Below are positions 40,150 through 53,300 of a stretch of DNA of 64,000 nucleotides, in pieces; the first letter of the stretch is position 1; the number at the start of each line of letters is the position of its first letter. Position numbers and translations under genes: made by a program. The stretch is from Vicugna vicugna (taxonomy: Eukaryota), in assembly GCA_013265495.1 (NCBI GenBank), contig MU058844.1, positions 11,988,184-12,052,183 on the forward strand, given 5' to 3'. Under the pieces are notes generated by a model that searched no databases, was not told the origin of the DNA, and was given only the letters and a program-made list of their open reading frames with translations.

Positions 40150-40310
40150 CTGTTCCTCAAATAGGCTAAGCATTAGCATCGCCAGGGGGTCTTGTTAAAG
40201 ATGCATATTCGGGAGGTTTTGCCTGGGGTCTGAGACTCTGCATTCCTTATACGTGCGCAACAGATAACGCTGCTGCTGTTCCTCAGAACATACTTTGAAG
40301 AGCAAAGATG
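40150..40310. mobile_element. MER5-family DNA transposon
   Basis: gggtcttgttaaagatgcatattc...tggggtctgagactctgcatt...catactttga. Confidence 0.7.
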
Positions 40311-43300
40311 TTGATGATTTCCTGCTTGTTTCTCAAATGTTCTCAATTTGCATAGAAAATGGACAGAATTTCTTATGTCCACTGCTTTCATAGTGTATCA
40401 TTAACTCTGCTTTGTTTCATATAACTCTTAGTCTAGGCATTGCATCTCCACTGAATATCATCAATCTTGGAAACAGTAGGTCAGTCTCTATGGAAGGAAA
40501 ACATAAGAAGTTCTGTCCACCCCGTCATAGCACTACTAAATCAGATGCCTCTGCTCACGAGCAGGTAGCCTGCTGTCCACGGAAACAAACGGAGCATCTC
40601 AGCCCACTCCCAACTCCCCTGGCTCGTCTCTGCTTATACATTTGTTGTTGCCCCCCATTCCTGTCTAGTGCTCAAATCTGTGGCCTCTGGAAATGAGAAA
40701 TAAGCCTATTTGCCTGATTTTGATACTCAGCTCTCTTTAATGGTATGTTTTCAAATATTCACAGATTCTTACCCACTTGGCTACCTCCAGGCAAGCTTTC
40801 TGGAAGCTCAGTCCTCATGTTTATACTCATCTGGAACCTCAGCACAGCCAGTGGGACATGGTGGAACTATTGTTTGACAATGGTGGGGCTGTATTCAGAT
40901 GTTCATGTGGTCAAATGGAGAAAAGTCCCAGCCCCTTTATAAACATAACCTTAAAGAGAAACTAAGAATACTATGATTGGCCATTGAGAACAGGTCACAA
41001 AATATTATAATGTTTGTTTTAAAAAGTTATGTATTTAGATACACAAGATACAAATATATGCATAAAAATCTAATTATAGATGTATAGAAAAGTGGATCAT
41101 GTAGTACTGTAGTGAGTACTCACTGAAAAAAATCTAAATATAAGCAGACCCACACAGTTCAAATCCACATTATTTAAGGGTCAACTCCATTTCAAAAACC
41201 AGAAGTCTGGATAATTATTAACAGCATGACTAGTCAGTTTTGTAGAAGCCCTCACTCCATTCATATGAGCAGGCAATTTTCGGAATTGTATGACTAATAA
41301 ATGATGTGGTTTTGCTTCAGAAACCTCATCCTCCTTCATGGTCCCTTTTACAGATATTGTACACGCTAACAACAACAACAAAAGAAGTCAGGCAGATTTA
41401 TAAACATAAAAGCACCATGTAATGAGTCCAACCTTCAAGACTATCAAAGAATGAAAGGGCTGGATCTATCCTAAGCCTCTCCTCTTTAGTGACTTATCTT
41501 CATATTTTATCTTAAGAAGACAGATCTTTAATCAGCTTCCAACATAACCAATTTCAAGTAGTCCTCAACCCCTGCGAGAATAACCCCAATACACATCCGG
41601 ACTCTTAGAGACGCTATTTTACCATCACTACAAGAAAAATGCAACAAATGCACTTTAAATTAAAAGAATCAGCACACTAAAAACAAGTTAAAATTAGGCT
41701 AACCTTAAATTGATAAAGTATTTTTACTTTATAAAGCAGTGGCAACCATAAGTGGGTAAGATTATCAGTAAAATTATTAGAGTCGCCTAACACAGTCACA
41801 TGCAGATATGCACCTACATCACACTTCTGTTTGATGTCAACTGAAAAAAAGAAGAAAAAAAAAAAAGAGCAAAACTAGTCCATGTGGACAGATAGTGATG
41901 AAGCACTCACTGTCACTTGCAGATAATGCTTTCTCTAACTCCCCAATTAAACTTGACTTTAAGTCCACAATATCACAGGGGCTGCCCTTAAAATAATACG
42001 CCTGCTCCATCAGCATTCCCTTTTCTTTTAATAAGTACAATCATTTTTCTCGTTTCCCATGATTATCCACATCTCAAACAATCTCATTCACTACACTCAG
42101 GGTACATAACTTCTGAAATAATCGTCATCCCTCAGAAAGAAAGACATGGTGTGCTGGAATTTATCATGAGTTTTTTGCAGGGCAGTGTGAGATAATGCTC
42201 ACATGTAAAAGACATGATTTTAGGAAGTAAAAAAAACTAGGGTGGCATCAATCTTGGACATTTCTATAAAAGTAAATATTTCCACATACATGCAGTAATA
42301 CTGCTTATTCCTTTCTGCTTTAGAGAATAGAGAAACAAAATAATTCCAACAGGTCACTGTATGTTTATTGTACTTCACTGCCATAATTTCAAAACGTGTA
42401 TCCTGCTACCCTTTTCAGTAGTACCTAGTAAACTGCTAACTAAGACCGATGTTTTGGATTAATACACAAAATACGCATGGAGCAATAAAGCAGTGTCCCA
42501 GGGCTGTCTGAATGGCAGACTGCAACAATTAGACTGACAGTAAAATCTACCAAGCTGTGCTTTTCAGTTCAAGGTCACAATTAATTATACAAAAGTGACA
42601 GTTGTACCAATACGGCTTTCACTGTTCCAGGAGGTTTTGCAGAAATAATCCCACACAGCAGTTCAACACATGGAAAGCAATAAACCAACTTCACTGGCAT
42701 CAGTGAGCAAACAAGGGTCAAAAGGTCAAGTTTTCAAAAATAAACACCTCATTATGGACGTTCAGGAGCTTTGAGAAGCCATCATAATTTTCCCATCTGG
42801 AACATTCCAGAAGCTCAATGCCAAGAACAGGATCATGGGCCAATACAAACTGAAAGTTCCACTGATAAAAATCTCAGGAATCAAAAAAGGCAACTGAATT
42901 CCACCTAGCCCTACACTAAACCAAGGTGATTTGAAATCCTTAGAAATATTCTCAACTCCTACAAGATCCACATTTCTGGTTTACCCATAACGAAGAGTGC
43001 TTCAACATAGGACTTGTGAAGATGATACTTTTTTAACTTTCAAGCATGTTTTCTTTCTTCTGTTTAGGTTTAGTAAGGTGATGAGGCATTATTTAAAAGA
43101 AGCCCAAGAATTCACACACACTTCTGAACTCTTTAATTTTGAATAATAGTGTATGTATTTTTAGTACATAGATTCTTGAGGGACTGATCCGTATTTTTAT
43201 GGGACCAAATATCTTAAGGAGGTAAAAAAAACAGTTTTTATCTTTGCAAGAAGGTATTTTCTTAATAAATCAGGAAGGACCAAGCCTGTGCCTGGTGTAA

Positions 43301-45920
43301 ACACTCCATATGTGATCTCTTCTCTGACTTTTACCTTCTCCTTGCAATAGAATATATATTCACAAACCCACATGTTCAGTGTCCTAAAGATTTTTACTTA
43401 GAAGCAGAGCATAAATATAAATCCATGTATTTTAAATTAAGAACAAAAGTTGGTGAGCTACTTATAGAATGAAAAAGAAATCAGTTATGCAGTGTTGAAA
43501 ATAGCCTATACTCAAACCAGTTCAATGCATTTTGCTTTGAAAGTCTACCACATGTCAAACACTGTGAGAACTTATTTTTCAGCAACACCAAAAAAAAAAA
43601 AAAAAAAAAAAAAAAGACCTCTGGACTAAGTCGTGAGTTAGAATTCATGCATTTTATTTTACTGATGCAAAACACTGAGCTTGTTAAATTAATTCATCAT
43701 GAAGGGCTACAAACACTTCAAGTAATTCTATGAATAATCTTATGATTCCATTGGCAACTCTGAGGCGGCAGGCTTATGCCCAGAGCTCAGTCTATAAAGA
43801 TTTATGATGCTACATTTCATTTTTCTCCTTAATACCAACTCACAAAACTGTCACTGAGATTAGGTGTTCCAACTGACACTTAGCAAATCTGAAGCTTAAG
43901 TATTGATCAACCTCAACCAATCCATCAATGTCTGGCTTCTTTGTTGCAAACACCCACTCCAATTGGGTGGCCAGGAAATCATTAGAACCCCATTTTCCAC
44001 CTTGATACAACTCATTGAAAATGTTCCTTCCCCCCCATCTCCCTACCAACTAGAAGGTAAGGCTACAATAAAAACGGGGATTCTCTTGTTCCACACCAAG
44101 CTGATTTTCTTTATTTTTTCCAGAGAATCGTGAATCTCCAGTTTGTCTAAACTCTATTACTATTCTTTATGGGCCGAACAGTCCTCTGTGAAGTGGCCTG
44201 GGCAACAGAGCATCGTGATAGACCATGGTTTCAAGTCCCATTCAAGACATTTTCAAAATGACTCGTAAAATTCATTCCATTCCTCAGCGTGTAATCCCTT
44301 CTGTGTTTGCAGGAAATCTCTCTTAGTCAGGAAATGAAAGGATAACACCTGCAGAGAGGCTTTTCCTTCCCACCAGAAAAACAGGATTTCTATTAAAAAT
44401 GAGAACTCTGGAGTATTAATTGCTTACCTAACCCACTTCTGCTCTCACTAACCCAACACACTAGGTAAATCAGCATCAGTGTGAAGGATATTTTTAAAAT
44501 GTGGACAGAGAAAAAGGATTAAATGGCTTCTCAGCAGTTAAGAAACTGAAGAGCATGCTTGCGATGGAAACTTATTTTGCCCTCTCTTTTCGATTAACAT
44601 CCTTAGTGCCAGCAGGAAGGGAAAAAAAATGCTGGCTATCTGAAACACCAACAGAATTCTTGGTAACACACTTATTTGTTGCAGACATTTATATCCACAT
44701 TGAATACAGGCATCTTGGATTTTTTAGTACTTCATGTGGGCTGAGATTTACTTATACTGCAGGTAAACTTAATGAATGAGCCAAACTTGGGCATAAAGTA
44801 TCCATCCATTTCTGCCCGGATTGATGCAAAGGGCTCACTGGAGCCCTCTCTTCCAGTGGCACTAGTCATAATGTCAGAACAAATTAATAAGCTATTGACT
44901 CTTTATGGCCTCTTCTAAATGTCTTACCTCCCAAACTGTGAAAGAGCTAGTTGTCTTCTGGGGGTACAAAGTGATGATCAAACAAATTTCTGAGACAGAT
45001 GTATAAACAAATGTTAATTATGTCCCTTAGATCCAGGTCTAACTAAAAATCTTCTTTGTATTATCTCATTATTCCTTGCTTTTGTGCCTTTGCCCTCGGT
45101 CCCCACACACCTCTCCTGTACTAATGGATTCAGTGAAAGCCCCACAAAAGATAATATATTTCACTGAGTAGGTGTTCTCTCCCGGGCCTATCCCTGACCC
45201 TTCTGATAACTGCTCTCCAGATGCTTCTCAGAACGGTGCAACAGTTTAGCAGGTAAGGGTTTCTAAAAAGGTAGTAAAATGAATGCAACCCTCACTATTC
45301 AATTCCCAGCCTCCTACTCAGAAGCTCTCTAAACCATTTAAAAAAAAATACATTAGCACAGTCCTTTCTTGATATTTGCTCTTAGTTCCTTCAACATCAC
45401 ACATGAAGAATCACACCACAGCTCACAGCAGCCTCACAACTCGCTTTGCAGGCTAGCTAGAAAACACAAGATGCTGAAGTGCCCCAAGGACATGAAATCA
45501 GAGAATTTCAAACGCCATCTATGCCGTCTAATGGCAGCAAGGCAAGGGTTCTCTTTTAGGAGAGCTCTAACGTGCTCCATTACTCCAGAGATGCCCCAGG
45601 ACTCACACCTCACCCTGAAACTCAGAAAGCTGCTCACATGAGGTCAAATCAGCATATCATTAGACTCAAGTCAACAGTGAGAGAACAAAGTGTAATCCTT
45701 TACCAACTCACCAGATGGATGAATCCAGATGACTTTAGAAACAAAACCAGCTGATCATGAATCCAGGCCCATACATAGCAACACTTGGCTATGGGGCAGG
45801 ACTTACTTCCGTGGCATAGCGTGCTATTTTATCTCTCAAAGCACATTCATTTTCAACTTACAAAATAATATGTAAGCATAAACAAAAATAACCAAGCAAA
45901 CGGAAATGTATGTGTCTTAC

Positions 45921-45992
45921 CTTCTTCTGATCTTCTAGCTTGTGGCTCACTGGACTCTTCCCATGTCTGTTCATCTCTGAAGATAAATCCAT
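45921..45992 (-). CDS. NAV3: Neuron navigator 3, upstream alternative N-terminal coding exon (MDLSSEMNRHGKSPVSHKLEDQKK)
   Basis: ATG at 45992, 24 codons, ending at a consensus donor AAG|GTAAGA in phase 0. The peptide matches the NAV3 alternative N-terminus I recall and resembles the NAV2 alternative N-terminus (...KPVIHGLEDQKR) that precedes IYTDWANHY. Confidence 0.8.
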
Positions 45993-46327
45993 CACATGAG
46001 GTTCTTCCCCTTCAAAACGGAATCTCTTCAAAAAGGCAGCAAACTAATCCAAGATGCAATCACTAGGAGAACACTGGCATGACACATTCCCCATCACACA
46101 CCATCTCTGAACTTCATCAACTCCAAGGAATGATTAAAAAATCCATTGATTGAATGGAAAAAATGAATTCTGTAATTTACTCCCAGGACTTTCCAAATCA
46201 GCATATCGTTTTTCAAGGCTGACTTCTCCACAGCAAAGTATTCAACCAGGAATGTTAACTCCAACTGCTATCTTTTTTTTCTTCACACTTTTCCATTTTA
46301 ATAAATAATGACACAGCTCCTGTAAAC
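45993..46327 (-). other. NAV3: Probable 5' UTR part of the NAV3 exon with a candidate splice acceptor
   Basis: Minus strand reads attaat...gcttttttttttatcacag|G, placing an acceptor at 46328/46327; non-repeat sequence continues to the ATG. Confidence 0.5.
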
Positions 46328-46689
46328 CTGTGATAAAAAAAAAAGCACACAATTAATTCTCTTCCACTATGTATAGTACAAATAATGAAAAATTCTTATC
46401 TGAAATGTCCAATTTGGAAAAAAATTGTAGGCATGGATTACAATTCACATAAAAGTAATAGCAAGTGAAAAGCATTATTCTTTATCCCTATTGCCTTAAA
46501 ATGCCAATTATAATATCTGAACCCAAAAAGAATATTAAAACCAGGGATTCACAACACGTTGAAGCTAAAATACACACCCACTCACCAAATGTCTTTCTGC
46601 TCCATGGTTCCACAAATTAATCTCAGCACTCAGAGAGCTACAGAATTTGGAAAAGACCCCAATATAACTCGACACTAGGCTAGACTGAC

Positions 46690-46870
46690 ACTTTGCATAC
46701 ATAATTTTATTTAAACTTCAAGATGAATCTACAAGATGGTTATTATTATCCCAATTTAAGATGAAGAGATTGAGAGAGTAAGTAAATTTCTGTAAGTCTA
46801 GTAAATAAACATAACATGACTAGACTTTGAATTCAGATACCTTTGAATCCAAAACCCATTCTTTGTCCCA
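46690..46870 (-). mobile_element. MIR SINE
   Basis: tattattatcccaatttaagatgaagagattgag...tttgaattcagat. Confidence 0.65.
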
Positions 46871-46979
46871 GAAATAGTTGTTTCAATTCATGTCCCATAC
46901 TCTGTCCACAAGGACACCATAAATGAGTTTATCAAGTGCCTTGTGGAGTATGAATGCACAAGGCACTCTCCTTATAATC

Positions 46980-47325
46980 CAGTGGTTTCTAAACCCAGCT
47001 GGAAAATTGAATCACCTGGGAATAATCTTAATCATATAGATTCCTTGGGTCCACCCAACCCTGCTAATTCGGAAGCCACAGGGTAGCGCTTCGAAATTTG
47101 TTTTGGTTTTTGTTGTTGTTTTTCCATCTTTTCTAACTACTCCTGATGCAGATAAAGTACTAAAGAGTTGAAACCTCCCTCTGATGCAAGACGCTTCCCA
47201 GACTTGTCTGCATTTTGGAATCACCAGGGAAGCTTCAAAAACTACTAATTCTTGTCTCTCATCCCCAGAGACCATGGCTTAATTAGCCTGGGATGTGGCC
47301 TGAGTCTTGGAACCTCTGCTCTAAT
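46980..47325. mobile_element. MER5-family fragments
   Basis: cagtggtttctaaac...gaatcacctggg and gaatcaccagggaagctt...ccccagaga...ctgggatgtggcctg. Confidence 0.65.
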
Positions 47326-48344
47326 ATATAAATTCCCTTTACATAATTGTAAATACATAATACATCAAACAAGAGGAAACCATGTCTCAGGAGGCAGCTC
47401 TTTCCATATTGAGGCAGTTCCAGTCTTTAGATAGCTCTTCCTAATTTGGAGATGAACTCTTCATTCCTGAATGTTTCTGTACATCTGTAATTATTTATAT
47501 CCTCGTAGGCATCAATGTACACAAAGTCCTTTTTAATTTCCCCTTTTATGTGACAGTTCTTCAAGTATCGCTCTAGCAAGGTTAACCACCCCTTGTGCCT
47601 TCAACAATTCCTCATCACCCTGGTTTTACTTCTGACATAACCCATAAACTGTGCTATCCAGAGAGGAACACAAGGGCTAAGCCTGGCACGCTCCCTTTAG
47701 GAATTCACCTCCAGGTCCCACAACACATGCCAGGCTGAGCATAAACTAAATGATGAAGTAGACAGATAAGGTTTGAAAAATCAGCTTGAACCGTTTCCCG
47801 CCTAGTCATTCTTTTGCCAACCCCTGCTCCTTCCACAGCCCCACTGCTCTGCCCCATACATATTTTTACTATAGACTCTGTACATAGGTTGAGTATTATG
47901 TGAATGTTACCAGCAAAGGAAACTGTATGGGCAAAGGCTTGGACATGAGAACAAACATAGCCAATCAAAGTTCAAAGCAATTCAGTGAGAAGTTACTAAT
48001 TATGTAACATTAAAGAATTTGTGATTTTAAAAGTGCATCTTAATTGTAATATGGAAAATGGAAGAGACCCGAACTCGTGGCAGTGAAATCCCACAGGGAT
48101 CCCAAGAGCAATCAGAGACAACTGCATTCATTCTGAACTAGCATAGGAGCTGCCAGGTTGGAAAACGTGATGAACCTGGGTGATACGGTATTTAAAACGT
48201 GGAGCTGATGGAATTGGTAATTGATTGGACATGAGTGTGGATGTGTGGTTTAAGGGTGCCTGAGCATATGGATGATGACACCATTATCTAAGAAAGCAAA
48301 TCCCACAAGAGAAGCACTAGACACGAGGAAGACAGAAGAGTTTA

Positions 48345-49785
48345 TAAAGCAAACCCAGGACACTTCTTAAAAATCAAGAAAATCACCAGCCAATCTCACT
48401 GATGGATGTAGAAGTGAAAATCCTAAAGGAACTTTAGCAAACTGAACCCAGAGTGTATAAAAAGAAACACCAATTCCAGGTTGGTATTATCCTAGGAATA
48501 AAAGACTGGTTTAAGATTTGAAAATCAATCAGTATACTACAACACATTAACAAAATCAGAAAGAAAAATGATTGGCTCTCTATTGGTGCAGAAATATAAT
48601 TTGGCAAACTGAACACCGATTTATAAGCACGCACACACACACAAACTCTTGGCAAATGAAGACTAAAAAGGGACTTTCACAATCTTCCTTTATCTGATAA
48701 AAATGTATTCACAAAATATCTACAGCAAACATCATACTGATGAGTGAAAAGTTAAAGACTTTCCACTTGTTCAGGAACAGCACATAAATACCTGCAAACA
48801 TGACTTCTATTCAATATTGTATTTGAAGTCCTACCCATGCAGTGAGACAAGAAAACATGTCAAATATAACATTCTTTTAGGTTTTTTATAACAGCAACAA
48901 ATACTCAAAGAATGGAACTTTAAATAGATACCTTTTACAGCATCACTAAAAATATCAAATATCTTGGATGAATCCCAGATGGTAAAAACTTTATGACAAA
49001 GCAATAAAAATATCAAAAAATTAAGATGTAAACGAATAGTGGGCTATTGCCATATTAATAAACTAAGATGCAGTCCTGTAGAAATGCCAATCCAAGCCTA
49101 ACAGATTCAGTGTATTACTAATCAAAATCCCCAAGTTTTCTTTTTTTATAATTTGAGAAGATGCTCCCAAAATATATATGAAAATGCAAAGACCAAGAAA
49201 ACCCAAGACACTCCTGAAGAACAAGTTGCAGGTACTTGCTTTACCAGATGTTAAGGCATATTATCAACCAACAGTAAATGAAAAGGTATGTAAATGACAC
49301 AAGAGAAAACAAATCAACCAATGGAACACAAAAGCCCAGAGAAGGACTCAATACATATGGTCACTTAATTGGTTACAAAGGAGGGACTGCAAAGCCATGG
49401 GGAAAAAGTCTTCTCAATAAAGAGTTCTGGGTCAACTGGATATTCATATGGAAAAAAAAAAACACAATCTAGACTTCATACCAATAATCAATTCCATATG
49501 GATTTTTAGACAAAACAATAAGGCTTCTTGGAGAATACTATCATGGTCTAGGGGAAGGGAAAGATTTCTTAAATAAGAGACTAAAATCACTACACATAAA
49601 TAAAAACTGATTAACTAAGATTACATTAAAATCAAAAAACTTTTATTCATCAGATTATACCAATCAGAAAATATAAATACAACACATAGAGTAGGAAGAT
49701 GTACTTGCTATACAAAAAATCACACGTAAAAACATACAAAAATCAAGAAAAGTAAAAAATATTTGAACAGGTGCTCCAAAAATAA
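48345..49785 (+). mobile_element. Old L1M ORF2 remnant (outer element of the nest; resumes near 55695)
   Basis: Decayed ORF2 sequence (gccaatctcactgatg...aaaatcct, tacagcaaacatcatact, ttaccagatgttaag, tctcaataaa...ctggatattcatatgg) ending at atttgaacaggtgc. Confidence 0.75.
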
Positions 49786-50170
49786 TAATAGAAATGGAGA
49801 GCAGATTCGTGGCTGCTACAGGTTAGGGATGTGGAGAGAAGGCAAGGGTACCTAAAAGGCAAAGTAGAAGGAAGTCTTTCAGTAAGAGAACAATGTTGAA
49901 TCTAGATTGCAGAAGTGGTTTTACGAACCCATAAGTGTGATAAAACTGCACAGAACAATACACACACACGCACACAAATGGGTGTATACAAAACTAGTAA
50001 AACATGAATAAAACTCTGTGGATTGTACCGATGCCAATTTCCAGGTTTTGACACTGTACTACAGTTAGGCAAGACGTTCCCACTGGAGGAAACCAGGTGA
50101 AGGTAGGCAGGACCTCCCTATACTTTTTTATGCCACTTCCTGTGAATCTAAAATTATTTTAAAATAAAAC
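49786..50170 (+). mobile_element. L1MC/L1MD-like 3' UTR fragment
   Basis: gaaatggagagcagattcgtggctgc...ggaggaaaccaggtgaagg...gccacttcctgtgaatctaaaattattttaaaataaaa. Confidence 0.75.
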
Positions 50171-52276
50171 TGAGAGGGGAGAAGCAAGATGGCGGAGTAG
50201 AAGGACGCTCATAGCTCACCCTTTCCCACAAATACACCAAAACTCACATCTATGGACCCACTCAGCAAACCAGAGCACCTGAGGAACTCCAACAGAACAT
50301 CACCCTCTTCGAAAGACGAAGACGCCAAAAGTCTGGTAGGAGAAAAGGAAAAAAAAGAAGAAGAAAATTCAAAACAATGTGGACCAGTCCGCAAGGAGAG
50401 AGTGGCAAAGGAGGACTGGCGCTTTTTTTGCTGAACTTTCCCCTCTCCAATGGAGAGGCCGGCAGGACAGAGGGGGAGACTCCGAGGCTCATATCTGCCC
50501 AGAGCACCCCTTGACCGACAGAACTAAGTTAAATGGGCACAAAGGGTCCCCGTGACACCCAGCCTGTGACGTGAGCTGGCAGCTGGGGCCGGGACAGGCC
50601 GCCTGAGCTGCACAGAGGACCGGGGCTCGCTGCACTGAGGCAGCCCCAGGGGACTGCAGGGTGCTGCATGCGGTGGCTGGGAGGGGATACGAAGCAGAAC
50701 AACCTTGGTTCCCCATAAATTGCGGAAAAAGCAAGGCAACACAGCTGGTGTGCCCTGAGGGGAGGGGCACCGTAGCCTTTGTCTCCTCAGACCTGCGGCG
50801 CCATTACTGGCACTTCTCGCGAGACGAGAGGCAGGGCACAGCCACAGTCTCGGTCTCCTTCTGTGCGCAGCGCCTGGGCGGGGGCGGAGCCCAGACTTGA
50901 ATCCCTAGCAGGGGGCTCCGCAACCTCCTCGGCAGGACTGAGACTTGTTAACAGCCCCAGGCAGGATCTTTCTGCCCTGGCACCTCAGAGAACTCGCGCC
51001 ACCAAGACAAACATGGAGCTGAGTTTTGGAACCGAGCAGGGATGGGGCAGTTCGACGGTCTTCCCCGAGCCCGCCTACGGAGCGCCAACCTGAGGCGGAG
51101 CGGGCAGCTGCACAGAGCAGTGGAGCGACCGGCGCGCCGGGAAAGGGAGGGCAGCCACCCCACTTCCTGACAGGAATGCAGCACCTGACCACAGTGCTGG
51201 GAGGGGGCGCGATCCACCCGCCTGCCTCCCCCCAGCACAGAATCTCACCGCGGCATCGGGAGGGGGAGTGACCTGCCTGCCCACCACGAAGGAGAGCAGC
51301 ACCTGACCCAGTGTTGGGAGGGAGTGCGATCTTCTTGCTGACAGGCACTGAGAGCAGCACAGATGAGGGCACCAACAGAGGGCCTCTGGAAACAGCAAGC
51401 TGAGTTTGCGCAACAGGGCGATGACAGAAAGACCTCTGAATAAAACCATTAAGAGCGCACAGTCTCCAAGAGAACACATCTTTTTTATATCTGTTTTATT
51501 TTCTATTATCTTTTTAATCTTTACTTTTTAAACAGTTGTATATGTTTACAGTTTTAATCCCTTTTAAATGTTTCTTTTAAAATCTTTTTATTATTATTTT
51601 TAAAAATCCACCTCATTTCATTTTTAGTTATTTTGGTTTTGATCTATTATTGATTATTCACAGGTTTCAAATATTGTTTTTTGATTCTTCCTCCTTTTTA
51701 TTAAGGTTTTTATAAGACGTCTCAACGCAATTGCTACTCTGCTTCAACTTGCTCTTCTATTATTGATTATACACTGTTTCCAAACCTTTTTTCCTCCCTT
51801 CTTTTAAAATTCTTTTATCTTTTGTTAAAATCTGTTCTACTTTCTATTACCTTTTAAAAATTTCCTTTTTAAACAGTTGTATATATCTCCAGTTTTAATC
51901 CCTTTAAAATTTTTCTTTTAAAATATTTTTATTTTTAGTATTTTTAAAAATCCATCTCATTTCATTTTTATTTCTCTTGGTTTTGATCTCCTGTTATTGA
52001 TTATACACAGGTCTCAAATATTGTTTTCTGATCTTTTCTCCTTTTTTTAAGGTTTTTTAAAAGACGTCTCAATTCAATTGCTATTCTGCTTCAACTTGCT
52101 CTTCTATTATTGATTATACACTGTTTTCAAACCTTTTTTCTCCTTTCTTTTAAAATTTTCTCTCTCTCTTTTTTTTAAGTTTTATTCCTACATAGGCTTT
52201 AGATAGATAAATAAATAAACTCCTTAAGGACCACAATAGATAACTGATACTCCTTAAGCCACAGTGCCAGAGAGAT

Positions 52277-53167
52277 ATGAGCAATATGAAGATGCAGAGG
52301 AACCCACTTCCCAATTAAAAGATCAAGAGAAATCCCCTGAAAGCACGATCAATGAAACAGACATCAATAGCCTACTAAATCAAGATTTCAAAAAAGGAGT
52401 GATCAAAGTACTGAAGGAACTTAAAGAGATAGTGTTTAGAGATATAAAATACGTCAAAAATGAAATCGAAGCTATAAAGAGCCAAGTAGAATTGGTAAAC
52501 TCAATGGCTGAGATAAGAACGGGTCTAAAGGCTGTGCAAAGCAGACTAGATAATGTAGAGGAACGAATTAGTGACCTAGAAGACAGGACAACGGAAAGCA
52601 CCCAATCAGAACAACTGCAAGATAAACAAATAAAAACAAGTGAAAGCAACATAAGGGACCTATGGGATAATATAAAGTATGACAATCTTCGCATAATAGG
52701 GGTCCCAGAAGGGGAAGAAAGATCAAAGGGGATTGAAAAGGTATTGGAAGAAATCATGACCAAACTTAAAGAAGGAATCAGATATCCAAGTATAGGAAGT
52801 TCAGAGGGTCCCAAACAGGAAGAACCCAAAAAAGACCCACACCAAGACATATCATAATCAAGATGGCCAGAGTCAAGGATAAAGAAATGATCCCAATAGC
52901 AGCAAGAGAAAAGCAAAGAGTGAGTTACAAGGGAACCCCCATAAGGCTCTCAGCTGATTTCTCTACACAAACACTACAGGCCAGAATGGAGTGGCAAGAT
53001 ATATTCTAAGTCCTGAATGAAAAAAATATGCAGCCTAGGATACTTTATCCAGCAAGGCTATCCTTTAGGATAGAAGGAGACATAAAAATTTCACAGACAA
53101 GAAAAAACTACAAGAGTTTAGCAACACTAAACCCATGCTAAAAGAAATACTGAAAGGTCTACTCTAA
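52277..53167 (+). pseudogene. L1 ORF1p, frameshifted
   Basis: ...RLDNVEERISDLEDR...IRDLWDNIK.DNLRIIGVPEGEE; frameshifts; TAA at 53165-53167. Confidence 0.9.
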
Positions 53168-53300
53168 ATAGAAAAGCAGCAGGATGCTACAGAAATGAGA
53201 AACTCATAACTGGAAAGGTGATAACTCATGAATTACAAATAAAATAAACACGAAATTGTAAAAGAAGACATCTAAATCATTAAGAGTGGGAGAGGGAAGC

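Noticed and set aside
42762..42971. ORF containing GLGGIQLPF, superficially like the L-protein P..(I/L)GG motif
   Set aside because: A single weak motif with no collinear neighbours; not counted as a third viral piece without a search.
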